From Octopus sinensis (lineage: Eukaryota): a stretch of 64,000 nt of DNA. The stretch spans positions 39,370,001 through 39,434,000 of the forward strand of contig NC_043008.1 of NCBI RefSeq assembly GCF_006345805.1. Direction: 5' to 3'. Position 1 is the stretch's first letter. Each line of letters begins with the position of its first letter. A model generated the notes under the pieces. The model was not told where the DNA came from. It ran no database searches and saw only the letters and a list, made by a program, of their open reading frames with translations. This document shows positions 1 through 11,979 of this stretch, piece after piece. The position numbers were made by a program, and so were the translations under genes.

Positions 1-269
1 TTCACCTCAGGTCTTTCAGTCAACATAGAAAATTTAGCTGAATCTTCCAAAGGGCTATTCATTAGATTTGGAAGGAATGTTATCTCTATTTTTTTTAGAG
101 GAAATAATGCATAAGAACCATATCTTTTTTTCAAATGCACCTATTGTTGGTACAAAAATAATAGTGTATGTTTGAGCTGGTATGAACAAGGAGAGAAGAG
201 ACATTTTAACCAATGAAGACGACTGACCTTTATTTTCTTCCCTGACGCTGCGATCTTGTCACCGACGCA

Positions 270-279
270 TTATTCTTTT
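270..279 (-). CDS. Candidate last coding segment of a hidden minus-strand gene ((L)KE-stop)
   Basis: Acceptor ctcctgttctaaacag| at 280-281. Completes codon CT|A from the exon at 491-546, then AAA GAA TAA (stop 270-272). Inferred by manual splice-phase chaining. Confidence 0.3.
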
Positions 280-490
280 CTGTTTAGAACAGGAGTCAGA
301 GTGTATATATTTTATGTTGCCTTATGTATCTGACTGAAAGTATTTTTGACCACAAAAGAGTTCTTCGTCTTTCGTTCTATCTAATTTGAATTAAGTTAGA
401 GATATTTCATATAACATATTTTAGATAATTTTATTCGTTGCTGAATGTGGTGTATATGGATTCATTCGCTCATTGTTCCGGAACTCTTAC

Positions 491-546
491 AGTTTATCTC
501 GTGTACTTCTTTTAGCGAGTTTCATGCAGCGGAACCAGCAAACTTC
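491..546 (-). CDS. Candidate 56-nt exon EVCWFRCMKLAKRSTRDK(L)
   Basis: Acceptor tttgtttatttgcttag| and donor |gtaaga; only the phase-0 frame is stop-free. Confidence 0.45.
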
Positions 547-822
547 CTAAGCAAATAAACAAACCAGTGCCAACGACAGAATGCGATTGTTCTCGCATCT
601 TGGCTTATTCAATGTCATATTCATTTGATCCTCCACGTTCTGATGATACAGACATGCAATATTCAAAACATCTAATGTCAAAACGACTGTTGTCTTAACA
701 AACATTGAGGGGGTAACGTATAAACATTAATTAACACGCAAGACATAATTGATTGTTTTCCATATTTCTAATACTGATTCAAAAACACAGATTCTGCGTG
801 AGGCTACAACTATACATATATA

Positions 823-1226
823 TACTCTTTTACTCTTTTACTTGTTTCCATGCTGGAGCACCGCCTTTAGTCGAGCAAATAGACTCCAGGACTTATTCTT
901 TGTAAGCGTAGTACTTGTTCTATCGGTTTCTTTTGCCGAACCGCTAAGTTACGGGGATGGAGACACACCAGCATCGGTTGTCAAGCGATGTTGGGGTGTG
1001 TGTGACAAACACATACACACAAACATACACACACACACACACACGCACATATACATATACACATATACGACAGGCTTCTTACAGTTTCCGTCTACCAAAT
1101 CCACTCACAAGGCTTTGGTCGGCCCGAGGCTATAGTAGAACACACTTGCATAAGCTGCAACGCAGTGGGACTGAACCCGGAACCATGTGGTTCGTAAGCA
1201 AGCTACTTAACACACAGCCACTCCTA
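823..1226 (-). mobile_element. tRNA-derived SINE, family A (bipartite, internal CA/TA microsatellite)
   Basis: tRNA-like head with B-box (ggttccgggttcagtccc) on minus, internal (CA)n, 3' tail ggcggtgctccagcatgg...aagtaaaagagtaaaagag; many copies in the window. Confidence 0.9.
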
Positions 1227-2042
1227 CAACTAGGATATATATATATATTGGTTATATATCTTAAATTCTGAAAATTTTATCAACCACTGAAGCATGAACG
1301 GCTGTCGACCCCGATGTAAATTTGAATTCTGAACGTAAAGTTGCGTTATGAATTACTATCTTTAAAACAAACTGCTTTTGGTGACATTCACATATATTAT
1401 GTATTTTATTTTCAGTGCAAAGATCAGAATTAATTCTTCAAAACTGTACTGAAAGTCTCTAGTTGTGATCTGAGAGTTTATGCCTAATTTATGAGTTTCG
1501 TAAGTATTAGACGAGAGTTATAGAGAATTCTAAATATGCCAGGATGTGTTAAATTGAAGAGAGAAACAAGAAAATAATAACTTAATAGAAACTGAATTAA
1601 ATATAAAGAAAACAAAAAAGCAGTTGGGTATTGAAATATTTTCAACAGAAAATATTTACAAAGGGAGATTTATCAAATATTCATAACTACCTTGCTTTGA
1701 AGATAAACAATTTTATTCGAAAATTCAACGAATAATGCCGAAATATTATTATATATATTCAATATTAACATCTTAAGTAATTCGGCGTCTAATCAGCATG
1801 GTTCTCTTCTAAGAGGGTTTCTTTACATAATTTGTATTTACAACATTTTTATACCGACAATTCGAGTTTCCGAATCAATTATTAATAGTTCACATGTGAG
1901 AACTATGTTTATTCCATGTTTCCAGTTAATTAGCTCCATGTTAAATATTTAAATTTAATCTTGTGACGTAACTTGTTCGTTAACGCAACAGGGTACACAG
2001 TTCGTGTGAACCTAGCCGAGTCTAACAAACATTTAATTGTCA

Positions 2043-2255
2043 TACTCTTTTACTTGTTTGAGTCATTTGACTTCGGCCATGCTGGAGCACCGCCTTTAGT
2101 TGTGCAAATCGACCCCGGGAATTATTCTTTGGAAGTCTAGTACTTCTTATATCGGTCTCTTTTGGCGAACCGCTAAGTTACGGGGACGTAAACACACCAG
2201 CATCGGTTGTCAAGCAATTTTTTTTTGGGGTGGGGGCAAACACAGACACACAAAC
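2043..2255 (-). mobile_element. SINE family A, 3' half
   Basis: Matches the 823-1010 part of the copy above. Confidence 0.85.
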
Positions 2256-2920
2256 ATATAACGTATAAGCAGTGCGTAATATTAAAAATCTTTGTTGAGC
2301 TAGTGGAATTGATTGGGTGTCGAAAAACAATCATTGCGGAATTTCTACCGACTCATTACATTCTGAGCTGCAATTCTGCTGAGGTTAGCCTTATCTTTCA
2401 TCCTTTTAAGATCGATAAGATAAGTACCGCTTATGTACTCGGGTCAAGGAAATGAAGTTACCCGCTCTCCTCAAAAATGCTGGCCTTGCGCTAAAATTAG
2501 AATTTTCTATGGAGAGGTGACTTAACCGGGTGTAGACAAGTTTTATTATCGAATATAAATCATAAAATAGATGGAGAGTTTTAAATTGGATACAAAAAAT
2601 TCACGGGTATATTCATATTCAATTCCTTTCTTATAGCTTGCAATTTTGCATCTACCCAGGTTATACTTTATATTCATTTTATCGATAACTAATAGTAATT
2701 TCGTCGAGTCAAGTTACTCCTTTAGACAATTCTTCTCCTCTACACATATGACATCAGCTAATATAACAAATAATTTTTCTCAACATTGCGATTATGCATA
2801 GAGATAATCGATTCGTAAAACTTCACATCGTATTCCTATAATCGTTTTTACTTTGATTTCTTATGAACGGAATGATATTCATCCAACTATATGAACATGC
2901 ACAAAAATAGTGGACAATAT

Positions 2921-3030
2921 AGGCGCAGGTGCGACTGGGCAGTAAGAAGCTCGCTTCCCAACCACATGGTTCTGGGTTCAGTCCCATTGCATGGCAGGTT
3001 GAGCAGTTTTTCAAAAATACTCTCTGAAAA
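2921..3030 (+). mobile_element. SINE family A, head fragment
   Basis: aggcgcaggt...aaccacatggttctgggttcagtccc matches the family A tRNA-like head. Confidence 0.75.
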
Positions 3031-3947
3031 GTGAGCATCCACCGGGCCACAGTTTTTTAAGAAATAACATCCAAATATAGACCCAACCGTACTTTATGGT
3101 TTTAGATAGAAACAGGTCGCATTCGAAAATACGGATAATACAGTAACATATGCTTAGGAAAGGCAACATAGTTAAGGTTTCATCCCGTTTGAATAAAATG
3201 TAAGACTATTCATGAGAGACCACATGCTAAAAAACGAAATCGAAACGATTACTTCTTTTGAATTAGATGACTAATTAGAAAAGAATGTCAGTAAAAGCAA
3301 CATATATGCTTTCGAATGTTGTAACAACTTCATTCCACGTGTGAATTCTTCATAAGTACCACTACTTAAAACATGTAATGGTAGCGCAGACTGTTACAAA
3401 ATATTAATCCAATATGTTCAAACTGAGGTCAATAGGGACAAATGAGTGCAGTTTTAGAAATCTGACGTTACGCAATCTTTCATTTGTCTAATATAAACAG
3501 CTGGATAAAACTGTTTTTTTAATATAAAATCGTGACGTCCAGAAGGCCGAAGTCTTCTTGGCGTCACATGATAAATTGCATAATTATTTTCAAGATAATA
3601 ATTGATGTTATTCTGCTTTATCTTTATAACATAGATTTTAAAGAAGTTGTTACTAGCAACAGTCATCTATATTAAACCAAGCATTATAAGTGCATACCTA
3701 CGTGGTATACCAGGAAGTTGTCTCTGGTATGCACATATATGAGTTGAAATGAGAAATATTTAACCTCCGTTGTTGTTCAATAAATAAAGTCATGCATATC
3801 ATTTTTGGTAACGATAGTGGCTGTCATATACTAAACGGAATGAATAATAATAACTTTATTCTAACATCAAAGCTTCAATGTATCGTTTGACATGCTAGAA
3901 ATAGTAACAAATCTTTAAATCCCATCAAAATAGGTGGATATATCGTG

Positions 3948-4270
3948 GCATTCCGTCGGTTACGGAAATTAACGTGCAAGTGGCCGAGCACTTCACAGAC
4001 ACTTAGTTCTCGGGGAGATTCAGCTTGATACAGAGTGTGACAAGGCTGGCCCTTTGAAATACAGGTACAACAGAAACAGGAAGAAAGAGTGAGAGCAAGT
4101 TGTGGAAAAAGAGTACAGCAGGGTTCGCCACCCCCACCACCCTGCCGGAGCCTCGTGGAGCTTCATGTGTTTTCGCTCAATAGACACTCATAACGCCCGG
4201 TCTGGGAATCGAAACCGCGATCCTACGACCGCGAGTTCGCTGTCCTAACCGCTGGGCAATTGCGCCTCCA
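3948..4270 (-). mobile_element. tRNA-derived SINE, family C
   Basis: Head tggaggcgcaattgcccagcggttagg...ggtttcgattcccagaccggg on minus; related copies at 31237 and 46919. Confidence 0.85.
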
Positions 4271-4329
4271 CAGGTGGATATATACTGCTACATGAAATAT
4301 GCCGGTGTATAATTTGGTGTAGACAAACT

Positions 4330-4530
4330 TTGAGAATTTGCTAGCGAATCAAAGAAAATGCTTAGCTGCGTTTCTTCCGGATTATGTTCTGAGTTCGCAT
4401 CCTACCGATGTCGACTTTTCCTTCCGTCATTTGGGGTGCGATAGAATAAATACCAGTTGAGCATTGGGGTAGATGTAATCGATTTCCACATGTCCTTAAA
4501 GTGGCCGGACTTGTGCCAAAAGTTAGAATT
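4330..4530 (+). mobile_element. Diverged SINE, family B-related
   Basis: gttctgagttcgcatcc...gtcgacttttccttcc...gatagaataaataccagttgagcattggggtagatgtaatcg resembles the family B core. Confidence 0.7.
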
Positions 4531-5399
4531 ACCAAATGTTGACTGGACGTGTATTTAGATGTGAAGCAGTAAAGAATTCAAATTTCTGCAGGACACATTC
4601 CTGTGGCAAAAGAATAAAATGTTCCAGCAACCGTAATTCCAACAAAAACAACAACAATAACAACAGCTAAAAGTACGAGACGTCATAACTAAAAAGACAG
4701 ATTTACCGTGATGGAAAACCATAAGTTACATGCTTCAGAACAAGTTTCACACTAGACTGTACATGCAATCAAATTATATATATATATGCATTCATAGGAG
4801 TGAGTACGACATATTGCAAAACTTACAAAAAACATTACTAATGGTGAAAACTTAAACAGGAGACGGACTGTCGACTTCAGTAAAAGCAAAGAGAAAGCAC
4901 GCATTTACAAGCGAAACTACAAACCCTACAGTAAGTAGATTACTGCAGTCTGAGTGGATTTAGCTTTAAATGTAAATCAAATTACAGTGAGTTTAACAGA
5001 AGCCATAGAATATTTCTAGTAAATTTTCGAAAATAATGAACAGCATTCTTCAATTGCATCTGAATATAATTTTCCTTTCTTGCAATTATGTATCTGACCC
5101 TTGTGTTTCTTAGGATAATAAGATTTCGATCAATTACAAGCGCCGATTAATGATGTGGAAGAAAGATGTCTGACAGAAGCCGGCTTTGATTGTCCAAGAC
5201 ATTGTTCGCGACTTCAATACCCCTTGTTTTCAATGCATCATTAGTTATTCAATGCTATAATCAGTGTATTTGAAATTAATAAAGTATTAACAATCAAAAG
5301 GATTGAAATATAAGACAAGAAAACTTCATACACACACAGACACTCACACATAAACGAACATAAGTGCCTACGTGCATACGTACTGAGCGCGCTCGTATG

Positions 5400-5460
<61 letters not shown>

Positions 5461-5953
5461 TATATGTCTTTATACTCATATATGCATACATACACGTATG
5501 CATATATATATATGCAAATTTCTGTGAGGGTATACAAGCATATGTTTAAATACATACATACGTACATACAGCATATACATACATAACAAGAATAGAACAA
5601 CTAAGGTTTTTCACAGTTGATTACTCCGCGTTGTATGGTGCGGCTTATTCAAAACAATATTTTGTGTTTGGTTTAATAAACTGCATGTTTATGTGTGCTT
5701 GATCATTTGCTGAATATGGGGCTCATAATGATATAAGATTCTGATATGTAAATTCACACACACTCGGCGCACGCATGCACACACGTATGTGTGTATAAAG
5801 CTATATGTGAATGCATGCTTACGCACGTAGTCTGGTATATATACAAATACATATGCATAATACATACGTACATACATATATATATACATATACATATATA
5901 TATATTGTTTGAAATGGTGTATATATATTGTATATTGCATGTATATATATATA

Positions 5954-6001
<48 letters not shown>

Positions 6002-6033
6002 GATCAAAATAAAAACATGATGCGAAGGATTCA

Positions 6034-6111
6034 GCGGTACATATGTTTCGGGCCTTTATTAGACAGATTTATAACAATGCATAATGTATGTCTGTGGCCT
6101 TCTTCAGCCGC
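6034..6111 (-). ncRNA. Type-I hammerhead ribozyme motif (mirror copy, left arm)
   Basis: Reverse complement of 6307-6384. Confidence 0.65.
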
Positions 6112-6306
6112 GCACAACAGCTTCCACAAGGACATGTGTTACATCAAAAATTCTTGGTTGGGGATGCAAATCCTCTCATTCGCGTACGACATAATGCGGC
6201 AGCAGCATAGAATTGAAGCGTCCATCTCTTTCTTCTAGAAGAAAGGATTTGCATCCCCAACCAAGAATTTTTGATGTAACACATGTCCTTGTGGAAGCTG
6301 TTGTGC

Positions 6307-6384
6307 GCGGCTGAAGAAGGCCACAGACATACATTATGCATTGTTATAAATCTGTCTAATAAAGGCCCGAAACATATGTACCGC
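6307..6384 (+). ncRNA. Type-I hammerhead ribozyme motif (Penelope pLTR-like)
   Basis: GCGG-CTGAAGA-aGGCC..ACAGA..TCTGT..GGCCc-GAAAC-ATAT-GTA-CCGC: stem I GCGG/CCGC, palindromic stem III ACATATGT, predicted cleavage after GUA at 6380. Confidence 0.7.
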
Positions 6385-6486
6385 TGAATCCTTCGCATCA
6401 TGTTTTTATTTTGATCAATTTACTCCACCACCTACACCACCAAACGGTATACACAGGTGCTTATAATTATCAAGTACTCACCCCGA

Positions 6487-6517
<31 letters not shown>

Positions 6518-6522
<5 letters not shown>

Positions 6523-6750
6523 ATAAATATTAGGGAATAAATCCAAATTTACAGGGAAAAAAATCAGATTTAGGATGAAATCCAATTTTATAGTAAAATA
6601 TTATAAAATATTATTAGAGACAAAACCACTATTTTGCAAAACAAACAAGGAAAGACTTAATCAATACATCAAATTTTAATAAATAGTCAAAAAAACCGCC
6701 ACTACAATCGTTTCTTGTCTTGATCGACAATCTTCAGGTGGACTTCCAAT
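6518..6750 (-). mobile_element. Penelope-like terminal (pLTR-type) fragment carrying a hammerhead motif
   Basis: Contains the hammerhead at 6699-6741; its 3' end abuts (TA)n at 6492-6517. Assignment to PLEs rests on the established association of minimal hammerheads with Penelope pLTRs. Confidence 0.6.
6699..6741 (-). ncRNA. Minimal type-I hammerhead ribozyme motif
   Basis: Minus strand CCAC-CTGAAGA-TTGTC-gatcaa-GACAA-GAAAC-gatt-GTA-GTGG: intact core, 5-bp stem II, 4-bp stem I, predicted cleavage between 6703 and 6702. Confidence 0.75.
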
Positions 6751-7225
6751 CCCAACTTCTGTATGCTGAATGCCAAAATTATCAAGTTCATCAGCTATAC
6801 CTTTAGAGCCAACAAGATAAACTTTGCCTTTGAAGTTGCATTCATGAAGGTACAATGCTGCAACATAAGCTGTACTGATGATTTCACTCTCTTTTACTTC
6901 AAAACCTAACTGTGAGAATTTAATACAATAAGCTTTTCTAGATTTGGTACTATTATTGGTTACAAATAACACATTCTTTCCCAGTTTCTTCAACTTTTTA
7001 ACAGTATCTGATGCTCCAGGGATAGGTTCCAAATGTCTCCATAAAACACCGGTTTTGTCATTGCTGTTCACTGACTTTGAATCAACACCGATTTCCATAT
7101 GGTGTTGGATCTAATAGTACCCGAGTGAAAAGATTGCATGCAAGGGAGGTAAGCAGTTCATCGCAGTCGAAAAGAAATGTATCAACATGTGCAAGGAGAT
7201 AATTCATGTGGTTGCCATCCAGTCA
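6751..7225 (-). pseudogene. PGP: Truncated, interrupted copy of a HAD-IIA phosphatase (phosphoglycolate / glycerol-3-phosphate phosphatase-like), N-terminal part only
   Basis: MNYLLAHVDTFLFDCD (7207-7160, HAD motif I DxD), a 109-nt frameshifting insert, then GVLWRHLEPIPGA...FVTNNSTKSR (motif II)...KVYLVGSKGIADELDNFGIQHTEVG (7050-6751). No GT-AG introns; motifs III/IV absent. Confidence 0.85.
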
Positions 7226-7249
7226 TTATATTTGGACTAAAGTTGTTGC

Positions 7250-7300
7250 TGCAGCATGACCGTAGTCAAATGGTTGAAACAAGTGAAAAAGAATGAAAGA
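7250..7300 (+). mobile_element. SINE family A 3' tail fragment
   Basis: gcagcatgaccgtagtcaaatggttgaaacaagtg resembles the family A tail. Confidence 0.6.
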
Positions 7301-7384
7301 ATATATTACGTATTTAGTATACATACATATATACATATGTACACACACGCTCACATATACATACGTATATACACACACATACAG

Positions 7385-7404
<20 letters not shown>

Positions 7405-7436
<32 letters not shown>

Positions 7437-8705
7437 AACACTGCACACATATACACACATATACGTGTGTATGTGTGTATGCATGTATATACATGCCTAT
7501 ACAGAATACACGCACGCGCGCTCGCGCACGTGTGCATAACATGAGTGAATATTTTTGCTGTTCTCTCTAGCATGAAGAGCCATCATGTGTATACCCTATT
7601 GTAATGATTGGAGAGATTGAAAGATGAAAGCGTGTACCCATGTTGCAGATGCCATCTCAGTTATATAATTATAGCGTGGATGTGTGTTGCATAAGCTCTC
7701 TCCCCGTGTTTGCGAGAATAATCATGAATCGACCTATATTAGCATAAATCCATCATTATTTAAAGCTGCAAAATCACTGTTCTTCTTTTATAAACATCGA
7801 TGAGCAGTGAGGCAGCTGAATTTCATATACCCACTGAATCTAATCACTTTTACTGAGGCATTTAAAATATGCTTTTGTATTCAGTACATATTTTCAATCT
7901 GATGCTATCGTCAGTCAAACAATTTCTTTTTGTCGTCACCCCCATTTGTATTGTTCTCTGTCTCTTACTCTCTCTTTCACCTATCTTATCGCTATCTTTC
8001 TTTCCCTCATCTCTTTCCCGTCTCTCTTTCTGCCACTTTCTCAATTGCTGCCATTTAATTTTCTAAATTTCTCTCGCTTGCCGTCGTATTTCTATAGAAG
8101 GCCTCTCAGAGGGTGAAGGATAAATATGTGCGATATATAGTTGAACACTCATGAAATTATTACCCGACAGTTTAACAGCCACACATGGAAATGTTCAATA
8201 TAAGAAACCGTGCACAGATACAGTCTTACATACTTAGTCATACTTACACAAAAACGCAAGCAATACATTTACGGAGACTAACAAACATACACATGCGTAT
8301 ATACACATATTCACGTATATACATCCTTCCACAGCTACACATATGTTAATATATATACATAGGTATATCTATACACACACATATGTATGTATATATATAA
8401 TATATATATATATGTATATATATTTATATATATGTATGTTTGTGTGTATGTATATGTATGTGTGTGTGTATATATATGTGAGAGAGTGTATATATAAATG
8501 TGTGAATATATGAAACCATACAGGTGCGATCATGAACGCATAAGCAAACATATTCGCACATACATAGATATTCATATGTGAGCGTACCCTTCTTTCACAT
8601 ACATAAACACATTTCCGTACACACACACATACAAACACAAATACACACGCACATACACATACATATATATATATGTGCGCACATACATATACATATATAT
8701 ATATG

Positions 8706-8752
<47 letters not shown>

Positions 8753-10020
8753 AACACTGCACACATATACACACATATACGTGTGTATGTGTGTATGCAT
8801 GTATATACATGCCTATACAGAATACACGCACGCGCGCTCGCGCACGTGTGCATAACATGAGTGAATATTTTTGCTGTTCTCTCTAGCATGAAGAGCCATC
8901 ATGTGTATACCCTATTGTAATGATTGGAGAGATTGAAAGATGAAAGCGTGTACCCATGTTGCAGATGCCATCTCAGTTATATAATTATAGCGTGGATGTG
9001 TGTTGCATAAGCTCTCTCCCCGTGTTTGCGAGAATAATCATGAATCGACCTATATTAGCATAAATCCATCATTATTAAAGCTGCAAAATCACTGTTCTTC
9101 TTTTATAAACATCGATGAGCAGTGAGGCAGCTGAATTTCATATACCCACTGAATCTAATCACTTTTACTGAGGCATTTAAAATATGCTTTTGTATTCAGT
9201 ACATATTTTCAATCTGATGCTATCGTCAGTCAAACAATTTCTTTTTGTCGTCACCCCCATTTGTATTGTTCTCTGTCTCTTACTCTCTCTTTCACCTATC
9301 TTATCGCTATCTTTCTTTCCCTCATCTCTTTCCCGTCTCTCTTTCTGTCACTTTCTCAATTGCTGCCATTTAATTTTCTAAATTTCTCTCGCTTGCCGTC
9401 GTATTTCTATAGAAGGCCTCTCAGAGGGTGAAGGATAAATATGTGCGATATATAGTTGAACACTCATGAAATTATTACCCGACAGTTTAACAGCCACACA
9501 TGGAAATGTTCAATATAAGAAACCGTGCACAGATACAGTCTTACATACTTAGTCATACTTACACAAAAACGCAAGCAATACATTTACGGAGACTAACAAA
9601 CATACACATGCGTATATACACATATTCACGTATATACATCCTTCCACAGCTACACATATGTTAATATATATACATAGGTATATCTATACACACACATATG
9701 TATGTATATATATAATATATATATATATGTATATATATTTATATATATGTATGTTTGTGTGTATGTATATGTATGTGTGTGTGTATATATATGTGAGAGA
9801 GTGTATATATAAATGTGTGAATATATGAAACCATACAGGTGCGATCATGAACGCATAAGCAAACATATTCGCACATACATAGATATTCATATGTGAGCGT
9901 ACCCTTCTTTCACATACATAAACACATTTCCGTACACACACACATACAAACACAAATACACACGCACATACACATACATATATATATATGTGCGCACATA
10001 CATATACATATATATATATG

Positions 10021-10054
<34 letters not shown>

Positions 10055-10060
10055 TATACA
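7405..10060 (+). repeat. Near-perfect tandem duplication, unit about 1315 bp, joined at (TA)n tracts
   Basis: caaacactgc at 7435 and 8751; identical ORFs at 7869 and 9184. I saw only a 1-nt indel and one C/T difference outside the microsatellites. Confidence 0.95.
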
Positions 10061-10168
10061 TATATATACATATATATACATATATATATATTTTCGCGTA
10101 CCACAAGTAATTAACGAAAAATAATAAATAATAAATACGAAAAAAAAAAAATACCGCTATCAATTCAC

Positions 10169-10206
10169 CTTCAAACCTCGATAGCTGAGTTCTCTGAATG
10201 CAAATT
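10169..10206 (-). CDS. Candidate 38-nt exon (E)FAFRELSYRGLK
   Basis: Acceptor atttcgcttccattacacttcag| and donor gaag|gtgaat; phases fit the neighbouring candidate exons. Confidence 0.45.
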
Positions 10207-10559
10207 CTGAAGTGTAATGGAAGCGAAATACAGATTTCCTATCAAATCTATATTGATAAATCTATCGATCTGTGATATTCAATACAAAAGCTTGAATTTT
10301 AAAACGCTTCTATTTTATCGCATATTTCAATTCACTTGTTCCCTTTGTTAATAAGAATTTCTTTTTTTATTAAATATTGTTGTTTATATTAAAATTTTAT
10401 ATTGTTTTATACTGGAGCCCTATTTTATTTCAATATTTTCTTTTTGTCTCTTATTTAAATTATTTTCTTTCTTATGTTCTATATTTCGTTATTCCCTTCT
10501 TTTATTTATGTTATATCGGTGGAGGTACGCTCTTTGAAGATTTTTGTGGCTTTGATATA

Positions 10560-10771
10560 TAACATGGTAATGAATTTATATGAATTTATATATGTATATA
10601 CGTGTTTGCATATATGCTTGTTTATATATATATATATATACATGCATACATATATATATATATAATGTTCTACACAAACATGCATGTGCATCATTATATG
10701 ATGATTATGATGCATGCATATATATATGTATGTATGTATGTATGTTGTATGTATGTATGTATGTATGTATG

Positions 10772-10813
<42 letters not shown>

Positions 10814-10869
10814 TATGTATATATGTATAAGCATAGAAATATATGTATACATATATATATATATACATG

Positions 10870-10954
<85 letters not shown>

Positions 10955-10956
10955 TG

Positions 10957-10989
<33 letters not shown>

Positions 10990-11412
10990 CATAGACAGAG
11001 AGAAAGAGACAAAGAAAGATAGAGATGTTGAGATACCTATATGAACGCTCATATAATTCATGTATATATTTATGTATATATATATATATATATATACGCA
11101 TGTGCATATATATGTATATATATGTATGAGCACACAAGTATACACATAAACACACGCGCATATATGACGGTTCATGTATGTATAGAAATATTTATATTTA
11201 TATGAACACACATACAAGAATGTATGAGTAAAAATATGCGCTCACATGTATATAAATGCTTATTGATGTTATTTGTCTATGTATATGCATCTATACATAT
11301 GTATATGCATCTATATATCTATGTGCACACGTCTATTATGTGCTCATGGCGTATTTGTACATGTATGGGGAATATTCTTTCCCATATATATATATATGTA
11401 TATATGTATGTA

Positions 11413-11460
<48 letters not shown>

Positions 11461-11473
11461 TATTGTATATGTT

Positions 11474-11512
<39 letters not shown>

Positions 11513-11775
11513 TATATATGTATGTATTTGTGTGTAGATAGATATTTACTTATATGCATACTAATTTAATTACGTTGTTATATATCTCTCTGCCCGTCTC
11601 ACATATATATTAATTTATATACATATACGTATGTGCATATATATGCATATGTGCATTATATACTTATATCCAACAATGTATGCACTTATGACTCCATATA
11701 TGTATGTACATATCTCTATCTACGTATATATATACATATATATAATATATATATATATATATATGTACTTATATA

Positions 11776-11860
<85 letters not shown>

Positions 11861-11890
11861 ATGTATGCGTTGATGTATGTATATATTTAC
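10560..11890. repeat. Compound (TA)n/(TATG)n/(TG)n microsatellite field
   Basis: Direct inspection; source of many IY/YI-repeat pseudo-ORFs. Confidence 0.95.
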
Positions 11891-11979
11891 CCCATATACG
11901 ATGGTTTCGACATACTACTGACATAGTGGTTGGGACATTTTCGATTGCAGCAAAAGAAGAAAATTTGCAGAGATACTTC
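11891..11979 (-). CDS. Candidate 89-nt exon [29 protein letters not shown](E)
   Basis: Acceptor aatttaatgttccgtag| and donor ggg|gtaaat; a unique-sequence island next to microsatellites. A second frame is also open. Confidence 0.45.

Larger units (their letters stand above)
5998..6420. repeat. Fold-back inverted repeat: 177-bp arms (5998-6174 / 6244-6420), 69-bp spacer
   Basis: Arms are exact reverse complements as far as I can read them. The spacer contains a second 18-bp palindrome ctttcttctagaagaaag (6228-6245). The left end abuts (TA)n. Confidence 0.95.

Noticed and set aside
1-152. Stop-free minus frame VHLKKRYGSYALFPLKK…TERPEV after a weak aatag acceptor
   Set aside because: Weak splice signal, truncated by the window edge, and downstream of the inferred stop of the candidate gene; cannot be supported.
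6676-7098. 140-aa ORF as an intact PGP gene
   Set aside because: Its Met lies in the 109-nt insert, motif I is out of frame, the C-terminus is read from non-coding repeat, and motifs III/IV are missing.
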